DNA of 62,217 nucleotides, counting the filler, from Choristocarpus tenellus KU-1152 (lineage: Eukaryota; Protista; Phaeophyceae), in assembly GCA_964200185.2 (NCBI GenBank). It is 11 parts of 11 records of this genome, joined end to end, with 100 filler letters (N's around TTAATTAATTAA, not from the genome) between each part and the next. Parts side by side here need not be neighbours in the genome. Positions count along the whole stretch, not along the records: positions 50,114 to 53,299 come from CAXNAD020021686.1; positions 53,400 to 59,374 come from CAXNAD020009270.1; positions 59,475 to 62,217 come from CAXNAD020025133.1; 8 more parts are not named here. One strand, 5' to 3'. Shown piece after piece: positions 51,367 to 62,217 of the stretch. Each line of letters begins with the position of its first letter. Within the stretch, counting starts at the first letter, position 1. The position numbers were made by a program, and so were the translations under genes. Below the pieces are notes generated by a model. It worked only from the letters and a program-made list of their open reading frames with translations. It made no database searches and was not told where the DNA came from.

Positions 51367-52146
51367 GTCATATAACTATGACTAGTGGCAATTTTGGAGC
51401 ACGAGTTTGTGAAGTCCAAGATCACTGTGGTCGAGGACCAGTGGTTGTAGCAAGTGTGAAGGGTTTGGGTAGGTTGAGGATAGTCGGCCTAATGTTTCAG
51501 GAACGAGAACTTCATAGAAGGGATGGTATTTTATATTAATAATCGAGTCATCAGTCGGCATGATCTTACCTTCCAGGCTGCTGTGCCAATAACCATGCGG
51601 TTCTGCGTGTGGTCGTGTACCAGTCAAGAGTGATATGTCGCACTTATTATTATAGTTAAAGGGTACACATATCACCTTTTCCCCAGATGTTTGAGCACTG
51701 TTTCCCCATCCATAGGAATTTACTATTGTGCATGTTCATACTTACGTAGATGGGAAAGGATTTTGTTCCTCGCATGAGTTTTGCGAGTTTAAACCCCATT
51801 GTTCCCAGACTTTTCGTAGAATTCTGGTTTCGACTACACAAAATCCATATTACAAACAATATTGTTTGTACACCTGTACTATCTCTCCTATTATTCGCTG
51901 TGTCGTCAATGCCAGATCCCACCTGCGCTTTTCTTCTCGATGCTGCTTCAGCATTGTGACTGGTTAGTGGCACATGTTCTCCTTCGCTTTTCCCCCCAGC
52001 ACAGCATGATTTACCCAGACCCAGTCTCCCCACTGTTCCTTTCCTCCTGGGGCTAGTGTTCATCGCGTACTACCATATGGTGTACTGTCCGTTGTTATCT
52101 GATGAAAATCAGTTGCAGCTGTCGCCATGCTGTGAGACATTTGTCG

Positions 52147-52405
52147 CAAACACCATGCGTCACTCCCTTCTAATTGGTGTTGTGATGGATAATGTGCATT
52201 TTTTCACCATATATATGTGTTGGATACAGGTTGACTGGACTTCCCCTCTTCTCTCCCCCCCCTTTCTCTTCCCACTTGCAGCATTGTGCAGTATTTTGCA
52301 TTTGTTACAAACACCATGCATCACTCCCTTCTAATTGGTATTGTGATGGATGATGGGTATCTTTTCACCATATGTGTTGGATACAAGTTGGCTGGACTTC
52401 CTCTC
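52147..52405. repeat. Imperfect direct duplication of ~100 bp (52147-52250 and 52308-52405)
   Basis: CAAACACCATGC.TCACTCCCTTCTAATTGGT.TTGTGATGGAT...TGTGTTGGATACA.GTTG.CTGGACTTCC occurs twice. Confidence 0.85.
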
Positions 52406-52440
52406 CTCTATCTAGAGAGGTCTAGTTCTGTTCGCAAAAA

Positions 52441-52704
52441 GGGTTAAAGTATCTGGGGGGGGCAGTGGCGGCTGTCCATTTGGGACCAATTTTTTCATGT
52501 CGCGATTTTTGTGTGATTTGGTTGCATATGTCGGATGGATAATGTAAATACACTTTTCCTGGTTATGGTCCAAATGGACAATCTGGTGTAGACCCACCCT
52601 GCGCCCCACACCCCACCCNNNNNNNNNNATGTTTCTGGCATTTGTCGTTGTCGGTGTGCCTATCCCCCCCCCCCCCCCCCCCCCCCCCCCAGATACTTTG
52701 GGTC
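52441..52704. mobile_element. MITE family A (contains a small N gap)
   Basis: Same TIR and internal sequence as 35463-35649. Confidence 0.8.
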
Positions 52705-53225
52705 AAACGTGCCGCAAATGATTGCAACGTGAGGTATGGGGACCAAAACACATAAGAGATTGTCGTTACAATAGACACCCAGGAAAGAAATATTGTCATC
52801 GCAAAATGTTGGGCTGGGACCGAGATATGAACACAGCAACACAAACGGAGCACAGGCTACACTTCTATCACAGTCCCTTGAATCCCACAGTTCCAGTCTC
52901 CAACACTGCTTCTTTCGGGTAGGAAGGTCTGTTGAAGGGAAGTCCTTACCCTCATGTACCCACATAGACCTTGAATGCCCATTTTGATTGGCAGGAAATA
53001 GGATGCCAAAAAGTGTTTATTGGTAGGATTGCTTACGAACTCACTTTCTCGCACGTCATGAAGGACCTATTTGCAATTAGTGCAAGGACAGTGGCAAAGA
53101 ATGTCAGATCGCCAAAGAACATTGGTTGCCAAGGGTACCAAGTGCAAACCAAGTCAGATATCCCCGAGGATGCTCATCTGCCCAGTGTGTGGCATTGACG
53201 ATGCCTCTTGGTAACATTGTGGAAA

Positions 53226-53299
53226 GACCCAAAGTATCTGTGGGGGGGGGGGGGGTCTACACCAGGGCGTCCATTTGGGTCATAACCAGGAAAAATGGA
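53226..53299. mobile_element. MITE family A end at contig break
   Basis: GACCCAAAGTATCTGTGGGGG..TCTACACCAGGGCGTCCATTTGG. Confidence 0.8.
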
Positions 53300-54495
53300 N
53301 NNNNNNNNNNNNNNNNNNNNNNNNNNNNNNNNNNNNNNNNNNNTTAATTAATTAANNNNNNNNNNNNNNNNNNNNNNNNNNNNNNNNNNNNNNNNNNNNA
53401 GGGGACGGTGGGTGGGCGGGTGGGAGGGGTGCAGGCGAGCGAGCTGGGGTGGGGCGGGGGGGGCGGGGGGTTGATTGATGGGAACAGTAATCTATGAGGA
53501 GTACTCACTGTCCCCTCCCCTGCCATGGTTCAAGTCTTTTTTGGGGTGGGTGGGGGAGGGACTGCACAGAAAATGGAGAATTCCCTGATTTATCTATTGT
53601 ACCCCTATTATTCACCATGTCTGTCCACATCAAGAGTTGTATCTTCTATATATAGGGTTAGGGTTTTTGTTTGGTTCCACATCAGATTCTACTGTTGTAG
53701 GGTTTTTGTGAAAGAGTTCACGATTCCATTTTGATGTACCAGGTGATTGATACTGGCATGAAAAAGCCTCTTCGTATTACAAAACTCCTGAACCTCAATA
53801 GTTACAAATGGGTTCCTTCAAATCTTAAAGGGTATACTTGTGCATTAGTTTGGGTGGTAGGCTTCTGACATTGTTGGGGATTCAACTATCAGCAAAAGGG
53901 TGAGGGATTGATGAGTTGTGATGCCGAGGACGAGGGCTCTGCTGTCCTATCACCAGGTGGTGGTATATTGGAGACAATTGATAATTGAGCGGAGGACTGC
54001 ACAAGATGATTTTGAAAATGATACGCATTTTTCAACATGGTTTGTGTCGATTTTCCAATAATTAAGTACAAATTATTGATTATTGTCTTGTGCATGGTGC
54101 TTGAAGACGTAGAGCTGGGGAATACTTGCAACAAGAGCGTTGCCATTCAAGACAATATGTTTATGGACTGTGATTTGTGAGGTAGGAGGATCATCTTAAC
54201 TCGTGGAGTATGAATCTCTATAGGTATAGGTATACATGCATACATACGTGTATTTGATCTGTCTGGTTTTATAGGATTGAGTTGTGTTTTGTGCCCTACG
54301 TGTTGCCATGCATTCCTTTTCGAGTAGAAGACTCTAGCAATAATTTCTGCGTGTGTGTGTGTGTGTGTGTGCGTGTGTGTGATAAGTTAAAAGATAATAG
54401 CAGCTACTGATCGTTCCTTCCGAACCCCGTAGGGTAGGTGAGTGTTTTTTTCTTTTTCCTTTTGTAACTGACAAGTCCACACCATCACATTACAA

Positions 54496-54527
<32 letters not shown>

Positions 54528-54635
54528 CGCTACAGCACTAGCCCCCACTCCACTGTCTCTGTTAGAAAATGTGATGAGACACTTATTATTATTATTATTA
54601 TTATTCTCTTTCGACTGACAATCCTCCAATATCAG

Positions 54636-57535
54636 AACGGGAACTACAGTACTGATCTCCACACGGACCGAGCCATCAGCATCATTCGGGATCACTCTCC
54701 CGGGGGCTACCTCGAGAATTCGCCGATGATGTTGTACCTGGCGTATCAGAGCCCGCACTATCCGCTGGAGACGGACGAATCGATTGACTACGTTGAGGAT
54801 GGAATTATGGACATTTTGGACAGCATTCATGACACTGACCGCAAAAAGGTGACAGGTTTGCTACGGCGAGAGGCGTTTGTTGGCTGCATTGTGTTTATTG
54901 TCGCTTGAGGTGCTGTGTCACGCCGGGTGTGCTTGTTTGTGTGTGTGTGTGCGTTCGTGCGTGCGTGCGCTTGTTTTTTTTAATTTTTTTTCGTGGTGTT
55001 TTTTTGTGTCCGATGAAAAATAAAGTAGGGTGTGAAAGAGGCTTTTTACAGCGGGTCGTTGGCTCTTGAAAAATACCCCTTTTTTTATCATTGTATTTTC
55101 TTGTGTAGCGAAGGGGGGGCGGCTGTTGAGCATCGACGAAGGCGATCGTCTTAGCCCCTTCACTTCCGCACCCTCTCATCGTACTGTGTCTTGGGAAGGT
55201 CGCTACTGTTGTTTTTTGGTTGGGTGGTCTTGTGTGTGTTTTCTGAGTTTTCTGAGTTTTTAGCGTCAGATTAGATCTTTTCTGTTTTCTTGTTGGATGG
55301 AGTGTTCTCTTGCACTGATGGTGTCCATGTGGTTGAATGTTTCGAACTGTGTCCAGAAGATGCTATTGCTTTTCTCGCTATCGTGCAAGAGTCTGTGGTG
55401 TCATTGGTGATCTGCTGGGGAGGATGTAGATCAACTGATCGTTTGTGCTCCTCTTTTCTCCTTGTCCCACCTATTGTGTTCTTTTTTGAGTGTATTGACA
55501 ATTTCTTTTGAAATATCTGATCTCATTTTTTTCACTCTATTTTTTTTTTTTTAATCTCTGGGCTCTTATTTTTTTTTTTTGTCATGTGCCACGCGTTAGG
55601 GATATGCTTTGATCTCTTAGTTCCAACAAGAATATATTTTTAGTAATATATGCTTATATTCTGAATGGTGCTCTCCTATTCATTTTTAATTAAAAAAAAT
55701 AATTTAGCAGGTGTTAGGGATTCGCAGCTATCACCTCGTGTGAAAAAGAGAAAAATAATTTTTAGATGATCGTGTATGTACATATATTGCGAATGGTGCT
55801 CTCCTACTCACTTTTTTATTTTTTTGCTCTTCTCTTTTTCTTTTTAAAAACAAAAAAAATTAGGTTGGTATGATGGTGTGGGGGTTAGACAAGGAGATTG
55901 GTCGCCTCTTGGATGAGCTGGATCAAAGTGGAATGATGAGCAACAGTATCATCGCCTTCGCTTCAGATAACGGAGGGTGTCCTCTGCATGGGAATTCAAA
56001 CTATCCTCTCCGGGGTACAAAGGTAAGAGTACTGTTCTTGTACTGGTCGTAATCGTCCAGAGTTTTCTGCGGTGAGATGTGAGGTAGTAGGGGAGGAATG
56101 GAGTAACCTGTGGGACTGTTGTCCTTTCTTTTGAGTTTTCACGGAGGAGAAGGCGTATTTTGTGGTTTTATGTTTTGGTCCCGTCACAGTTTTTTTGTTG
56201 TTGTACACAGCTGTCTGTTTCGCTTCGGTTGCGGTCTGATAGCATGGTTTTTGGTTGTGTTTATCTCCGGCGATGTTTGTTTTTGTTGGATTTTTTTGTT
56301 CTTTTTTGACCCACCTTCAACACAGCAACTTGACACGGCACATAGCATAGACGATGTAACAATGTTGTCGCAACAACTCAACACAGCACGTAACACAGAC
56401 GATGCAACAGTGTAACACAACAACTCAACACGACACGCAACACAGATGATGTAATGATGTAACACAGCAGCTCAACACAGCACGCAACACAGACGATGCA
56501 ACAATTTAACACGACCAAGTATCATAGAAAACACACCAGTACAAACACAGGCTCACACAAATACAACAACTCAGCACCAACCTCGTTGCTACTTATTAAA
56601 AAAAAAAAATCTGTCATGCCATATCCAGCATTACCTCTGGGAAGGAGGATCCCGTGCCCGGGCGATCTTCTTCAGCAGCAATTTATCCAAGACACGGCGA
56701 GGTGCTCAATACGATGGATTGTTCCATGTGACAGACTGGTTGCCTACCATCCTTGAAGGTGTTGTAGATAGCAGGAGAGAGCAGAATGAGCATGGTGTAT
56801 CAAAGGCTTGGGAGGCAGACAAGGAGGAGTTGGATGGTGTCAGTCAACTGAAGGCGTTGTTGGACACAGAAGGCGTGGTTGAAGACCCAAGGTACTGACC
56901 TGCTGTCGTTGTAGGTTGGGGTGATCTAACTTTTTTGAGGGGGTTGGGAGGTGTATGGATTTGGGAAGATCGACTCTGTGGATTTTGGAGGAGAGGGGTG
57001 AGGTTTGTAGGCTCTTGAGATGTACATTGATCTTCAAGGGTTGTGGAAGATTATTTTTGATTTGTCTGGTTCTAACGTGGGCTAGGGTACGTTTTTTTTA
57101 TATTTAAAAAACATTTATTTTTTTTGCTTTTGTTTTTGTATGGTGACCTAAAATGAATCCTGTGTGTCTTTTGTCAGTGAGGGAATCTTTGTCAGAACAC
57201 TAGGCTGATTTTGTTTGAAGTGGTTGTTTTTGGGGGGTTGGGTTGCACGTAAGAGTACATAGGGTTAGGGTTGAAAGGATCGTGTGTTGGTTCATTTCCT
57301 TTTTTTTTTCTTTGAGGTTATGGTTTGTCAGTCGTGGATGAGTTGAGTTGGTGGAATAATTCCCATTTTGTGTTTTTGTTGTAGTTCTCATATGAAGGGT
57401 TTGTTACACTATTTTTTATTTATTTATTTTTTCCCAAGTGTGATGATGCACGGCAGAGGCTGTTTTTCAAACGAGAATATGTGCTTTCCGTAGGAGAGAG
57501 CACTTCCTCGAACCAAAGGAGGAGGAGTGGATGTT

Positions 57536-57572
<37 letters not shown>

Positions 57573-58656
57573 TAGTTGTACACACACACGTGCGTGCAGT
57601 GTGATTATTCATTCCTTGTAACATTTTTGTTTTTGGCACTTTGTGGAGAGTAGAATGGAGTTATATGATAGTGTGGCATTTCAAAGTGTGGCATGGATGT
57701 GACATGTTGTCTCCGTGTAAGGGGTTACACTTTGATGTTACCAACGGCTAGAGGCACAAGAGCTCACTCGTCTCTTTCCTACCCCCCGCCTCCCACACTC
57801 TTTTCCCCCCTGCTACATTGTTCCCCTGCCCACTTACCTCGCTGGAATGGAAGGTTGGAGGTATTGTACAACATAATGATGGAGGAAGACACAGAGACAG
57901 GACTCAATACAATTCGTGGGGTATGTCTGTGATGGTTATTGTGTCCACAGTACATAACAATATTATTATTTTTATTATACTGTCCTTTTTTGGAATATGG
58001 TGGAGGGTCAGGGTGTGTACAAGAATGTAGTCAATGAATTCACTCAAGAGGAGAAAATTGTGACCAAGAATAGAAGAAAGTTCCTTACCTATGTACATGG
58101 AGCGTCTGTACCTCACCAATTGAATTGAGAACGTGTAGCCCTAACCCTTTCCCCCCCCCCCCCCCTCACCCCCAATTGCTCAGCACATTCTAGTACTAAG
58201 TGCAAGAAGAATTGACAAGGTAGGCATAAAGTGGAGTTAGGGATAGTATCTTGAGGAGGCTTGAAATGTTCACGTTTGATCTGCCTCAACTTGAACCTGT
58301 GGTGATTCTCCTGCTGTATTCTCTTTCCTGTGGGATAAATGCCCGCCGCCACCCTTCCACCCTGCCCTCCCTCCCACAATGTCTATGCCCCATTGTCTCT
58401 CAACACTCATCATCAGGCACTTCGGGTGGGTGATTGGAAGTTTATATCTGATGAGTACTGCCAGGTGTGGCTCGATATTAGTGGGAGATATGAACACACA
58501 GAATACCTTGAGGCTTGCAACAGTATGGGGGGCTCTGTGGATTCCTGCGGGGTAGCTAGCAACAGATATATCGCTGGCGATTACCTGTTTAACGTGAAAG
58601 ATGATCCGTATGAGTTTGTGGATTTGTACGATGCACACCCTGAGATAGTGGAGCAG
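54636..58656 (+). CDS. Formylglycine-dependent sulfatase (arylsulfatase B-like), C-terminal half. Exons 54636-54848, 55864-56022, 56629-56891, 57854-57920, 58417-58656
   Basis: YSTDL, LYLAYQSPHYPL, SDNGG..SNYPLRGTK, LWEGG, LFHVTDWLPT, LDGVSQ, ALRVGDWK, LFNVKDDPYE; all junctions are phase-consistent. The catalytic CxPxR exon is not found in this contig. Confidence 0.92.
56318..56510. repeat. AC-rich ~47-bp minisatellite, about 4 copies, intronic
   Basis: CAACTCAACACAGCACG.AACACAGACGATGCAACA.TGTAACACAA recurs. Confidence 0.8.
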
Positions 58657-60407
58657 GTGAGAGCTGAATCGAACGCGGTTTGAGATTTTCAGGGTATGCT
58701 GCTGCTGATGGGGGGAAGGAAGTAAAGAGTTGTGAAATTGTTCTTGGTGCACAGGTCTTGCGGACTTTACAACCTGTCAGCTGAGTTTTTTTCGAGGGCG
58801 TTTCCTCGGGGTGGAGGACAAAATGCCGGAAGAGTTAAATTCCTCTGGGTGGGATTGTATTGCAGAGGACAATGCCTCCTCTTGTGTTGTTTGATACTCT
58901 ACTCCTCCACCCCAGGAGCACACCAAACGGACTGGAGATCTGTAGCAAGAAGAATAACTCGATCTGGACTTGAATGCTTCTATAATCCTACACGCCATGC
59001 AGTGCTGACTGGTGCTTTCCTTCAGAGCTGCGGGCATGTACCAACCGCATCATTGCACCTAACAACTTCCCCCTCCCCTGCCTCCCCTGCCCCTCTCGAC
59101 TCCTGTGGTGTTGTCTCATCGATTACATGCCTTTGAAACCGACTGGAAATAACCGATTGACTTTTGGGGGGGGGGGTTGATCCACCCAGCTCTCGTCCCG
59201 ACTGTCGGACCTGGCATCTGAGGGGATCAAGAGGGTCTGGGAGGGGGGCAGACCGGTGCTTTCAACGTCGCGTTGGGCGAACTTTGGTTGCATATCACCG
59301 TTTAGATTAAGAGGGGGGGGCGACGGCATTCGCATCATCGATTATCGTGATTAGCTGTGGTGATTGAGAGCATGNNNNNNNNNNNNNNNNNNNNNNNNNN
59401 NNNNNNNNNNNNNNNNNNTTAATTAATTAANNNNNNNNNNNNNNNNNNNNNNNNNNNNNNNNNNNNNNNNNNNNCCTCCCCCCCCCCCAAGATACCTTGA
59501 CCCACATGTTATACAGTAAGTCAACGCAGTCATAGGGAGTGAACTTCAGGAGGAGCTACCGCTCTGTTCAGCTCCCAACTGCGTACTGAAAAAAAAAGAA
59601 TTGAATCACATTCATTGCACTGCATACGGGAAAACAGGGCTGCTCACCTCACTCCAAGACATGTTTTGAAGGTTTCCCAATATTTGGTAGGACTCGCTGT
59701 TGGTGGTGGTGGAGACAGAAGAGGAAGGATCTGGATCCTAGCCACCACCCCAGTCTAGCACTGATTCCTGTTGGGGGATTTGCCCCTCTCTCGGACAAAC
59801 ATGTCTAGATACAAAACGAAGAAGGTTGCCAAAATACCCTGTATCTACTATATAGCGGCTAATCGGCCATACATAATGTTCAGGAAGCCAGAAAGAAGAC
59901 TGAATCCCAGGCAAGGGAAGGGGTATTCACCCCATTCCCAGCAGAAGGTCATGCCCTCATTTCAACGATGGTCAGAGTCACAGTACCAACCTGGTAGGGA
60001 CCCCACCCCTTAAGTGAAATCCGTATAAGTCGCCTTCTCACCCCAACCAAATTTGGTCGGGGCAATCCAACAGTGAGGATATTGTTCAAATAGTTAAGGA
60101 GTGTTGACAAGATGCTGGACAAGAGGTACCTTAGCAAGAACATCAAATAATAATAATGCTACGTCACACTGTTGTCTTGGATGCCTGGCAAACCACACGG
60201 CTCAATATGAGGGTATTGCTCCCAAGATAGGCAGGTTGGCGGGTTGTAAAGGCTTCCATGACACGATACCTTCAACCATCCTGAGGAGCAGGGACTTGGA
60301 CCTGCAGGATCTGTGCCGTTTATAGAGGTAAGTAAGGGAGCTGTAGTAGCGGAAAATGGCGTCTGGATCTGATGTGAGATGATCCAGCAATTCTCATGAT
60401 AGTTTTA

Positions 60408-60594
60408 GGCTCAAAGTATCCGGGGGGTGGGGTGGGGGGCTACACCAAGGTAGGGTGTCCATTTGGGCGCTGACCAGGAGAATTGCACNNNNNNNNNNTT
60501 ACCCACCAGGCACCCAAATCCACCCAAAACCCCCGACATGAAAAAAGGGCCCCTGAAGGGCCGGCCGCCCCCCCCCCCCCAGATACTTTGAGCC
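60408..60594. mobile_element. MITE family A (reverse orientation)
   Basis: GGCTCAAAGTATCCGGGGG ... CCCCAGATACTTTGAGCC; TSD TTTA. Confidence 0.85.
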
Positions 60595-60762
60595 TTTACG
60601 ATCTGGGTCTAGCACAGTGGGAGCAAAGAAGACACAAAGAGTCCCACGGTGTTTTAGAGTCCTCAGGACTCCTACAACTACTAGGTGTCTGTATTTTGGG
60701 CATTACGTACAGTTCTAGAAAAACACGATGATGTTTGTGTTAAGTGTGAAGATTAATAACAA

Positions 60763-60844
60763 CGACGATGGCAGGACTCGAACCTGCGCGCGGGGTCCGC
60801 AATTGATTTCTAGTCAATCCCCCTAACCACTCGGGCACGTCGTC
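60763..60844 (-). tRNA. trnS-AGA: tRNA-Ser(AGA)
   Basis: GACGACGTGCCCGAGTGGTTAGGGGG-ATTGA CTAGAAA TCAAT-TGCGGACCCCGCGC-GCAGGTTCGAGTCCTGC-CATCGTCG; long variable arm; one C-A acceptor mismatch. Confidence 0.85.
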
Positions 60845-60887
60845 GTGCTAATATTGTACTCTAGCCAGAATATAATACATATCTGAG

Positions 60888-61004
60888 CAGGGGTGGCGGC
60901 GGTTCATTTGGGGTCGATTTTGCCATGCCGCGATTTTGGGGTGATTTGGTTGCATGCGTCGGATGGACACTCTGGTATAGACCCCCCCGTAGATAATTTG
61001 AGTT
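60888..61004. mobile_element. MITE family A, internally deleted copy
   Basis: GGGGTGGCGGCGGTTCATTTGG...GATTTGGTTGCATGCGTCGGATGGA...CCCCCCGTAGATAATTTGAG. Confidence 0.65.
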
Positions 61005-61460
61005 CGCTCCCCACATTAACTTTTTAGTGGGTTCACATAGACATTCTTTTGAGCAAATCCGGCTTCAATGATCTAATACAGTCCACATGGCAAGCACTAC
61101 ATATTGTATACACACCTACCTGTACTATCCTACCTATCTTTCACTATTTTTGCAGCAAACCCCAAACGAGATTGCAAGGCTTTATTGCAGAACAACGCTG
61201 AAGTGGGACAAGCATAAGATTCAAGGGAGGAGGCGGCTGAGCTCAATGCATGAGAGGTAAAGTAATTAGTCAGTTGTTGTGGCACAATGGCGTTCATTGG
61301 TTTCAGTAGTGGTATGACAAATAGTGGATTGTGTAGTTCCTCTGACTACTGATGGGGATAGCCCCTAGACAAAAAATGAAGGTCGAAATATTAATGAAAG
61401 AAGAACAAAAAATGTTGTCATATAAGTAGGGCCGTTGTTGTGAACCAAAAGAGGTTTCGG

Positions 61461-61676
61461 GAGCCAAAGTATCTCAGAGGGTAGAGCCGCGCCCACTTGG
61501 GGGCCCAACGTCAATGTTGCGATTTTGATGTAATTTTGGATATCATGTTTGTTAGGAAGTGTCAAAATCAATGTTCCGGACACACCTTTTCAGGACTTAC
61601 ACATTTTACCTAGGGGAAGTCAAGGTTTAAATGGACAAACAGGGCAAAACTCGTACCCTCTAAGATACTTTCACTC
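61461..61676. mobile_element. MITE family B
   Basis: GAGCCAAAGTATCTCAGAGGGTA ... TACCCTCTAAGATACTTTCACTC; TSD TCGG. Confidence 0.88.
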
Positions 61677-61787
61677 TCGGATGAAAATTTATCAGGTAGA
61701 TTTCTATTCACTGCATGGTGCATGGGCACTGTGAGGGGAAAAGGCTCCCTGGCTGGAATGGGGCCTTTATTGGAGGAGTGAAAGTTC

Positions 61788-61977
61788 TGTTACTACAGGC
61801 GAATAGCGTGAGCGTTTCTTCTTGTGTTCCAATGAAGTGCAAGCATTTGTTACACTCGAATAGCGCGAGGATTTTCTCCTCATGTTTTAGGAAATACGAA
61901 CATTTGTGACAGACGTATAGTGTGAGGGTTGTTTCTCGCGTTCTAACAAGAACGAACTATATACAATATTAGTAACA
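61788..61977. repeat. Solo-LTR-like interspersed repeat; second copy starts at ~37809
   Basis: Bounded by TGTTAC...GTAACA. Shares CAGGCGAATAGCG and TAGGAAATACGAACATTTGT.ACAGACGTA with 37809-37882. Confidence 0.55.
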
Positions 61978-62160
61978 CATAGGTAGCCTCACAGAATAAT
62001 TGATGATTTCGTAGAAGATGCAGAGTAAGATTCAGAATACCTACGTAACATTGCAGAAGAAAATGTCAAAATCGCTAAGAAGTTGAAGAATAAAGGATTG
62101 TGATTGGAGTACCTATAGAGCAGTTGATAGAAGATCAAAGAAATTGGGTCGATGATGAAA

Positions 62161-62217
62161 GAGCCAAAGCATCTTGGAGGGTAGAACCGTGTCCATTTGG
62201 AGACCAAAATCCAATGT
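62161..62217. mobile_element. MITE family B, cut by window end
   Basis: GAGCCAAAGCATCTTGGAGGGTAGAACCGTGTCCATTTGG. Confidence 0.75.

Noticed and set aside
50350-51620. Possible decayed zinc-finger or pogo-like transposase fragments (FRCEY; PSHLLQPL)
   Set aside because: The motifs are too short and surrounded by stops.
12750-58656. Apparent sulfated-glycan gene cluster (sulfotransferase-like, GT64, sulfatase)
   Set aside because: The three genes are on different contigs joined by artificial spacers, so there is no evidence of linkage.
59770-60400. Decayed coding-like sequence
   Set aside because: No frame or family could be assigned.

Overview
Eukaryotic, intron-rich and transposon-rich DNA. 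It is probably a stramenopile, most likely a brown alga; this is an inference from gene content and intron style. The window is not one locus: ten artificial 100-bp spacers (N-run + TTAATTAATTAA + N-run) join 11 contigs, so gene neighbourhood across spacers means nothing. I could assemble six spliced genes by hand: a FYVE + C2 membrane-binding protein (3' truncated); a sulfotransferase-like + cupin/JmjC-like fusion (both ends truncated); a complete GT64 exostosin-like glycosyltransferase with a probable GC-AG intron; a coiled-coil protein; a ParB/Srx-like protein with a DGQHR-type motif (NGQHRL); and the C-terminal half of an arylsulfatase. There are two tRNA genes (Leu-AAG, Ser-AGA). Mobile DNA includes decayed tyrosine-recombinase (DIRS/Ngaro-type), Copia and CRE-like retroelements, one hAT-like MITE and a large set of related MITEs with 4-bp TSDs (Sola2-like), plus a ~120-bp degenerate satellite. 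The best candidates for undescribed biology are the spliced ParB/DGQHR-like gene, with a 16-bp inverted repeat around its 5' exons, and the sulfotransferase-like/JmjC fusion. All domain calls come from motif recognition by eye; no database search was run.
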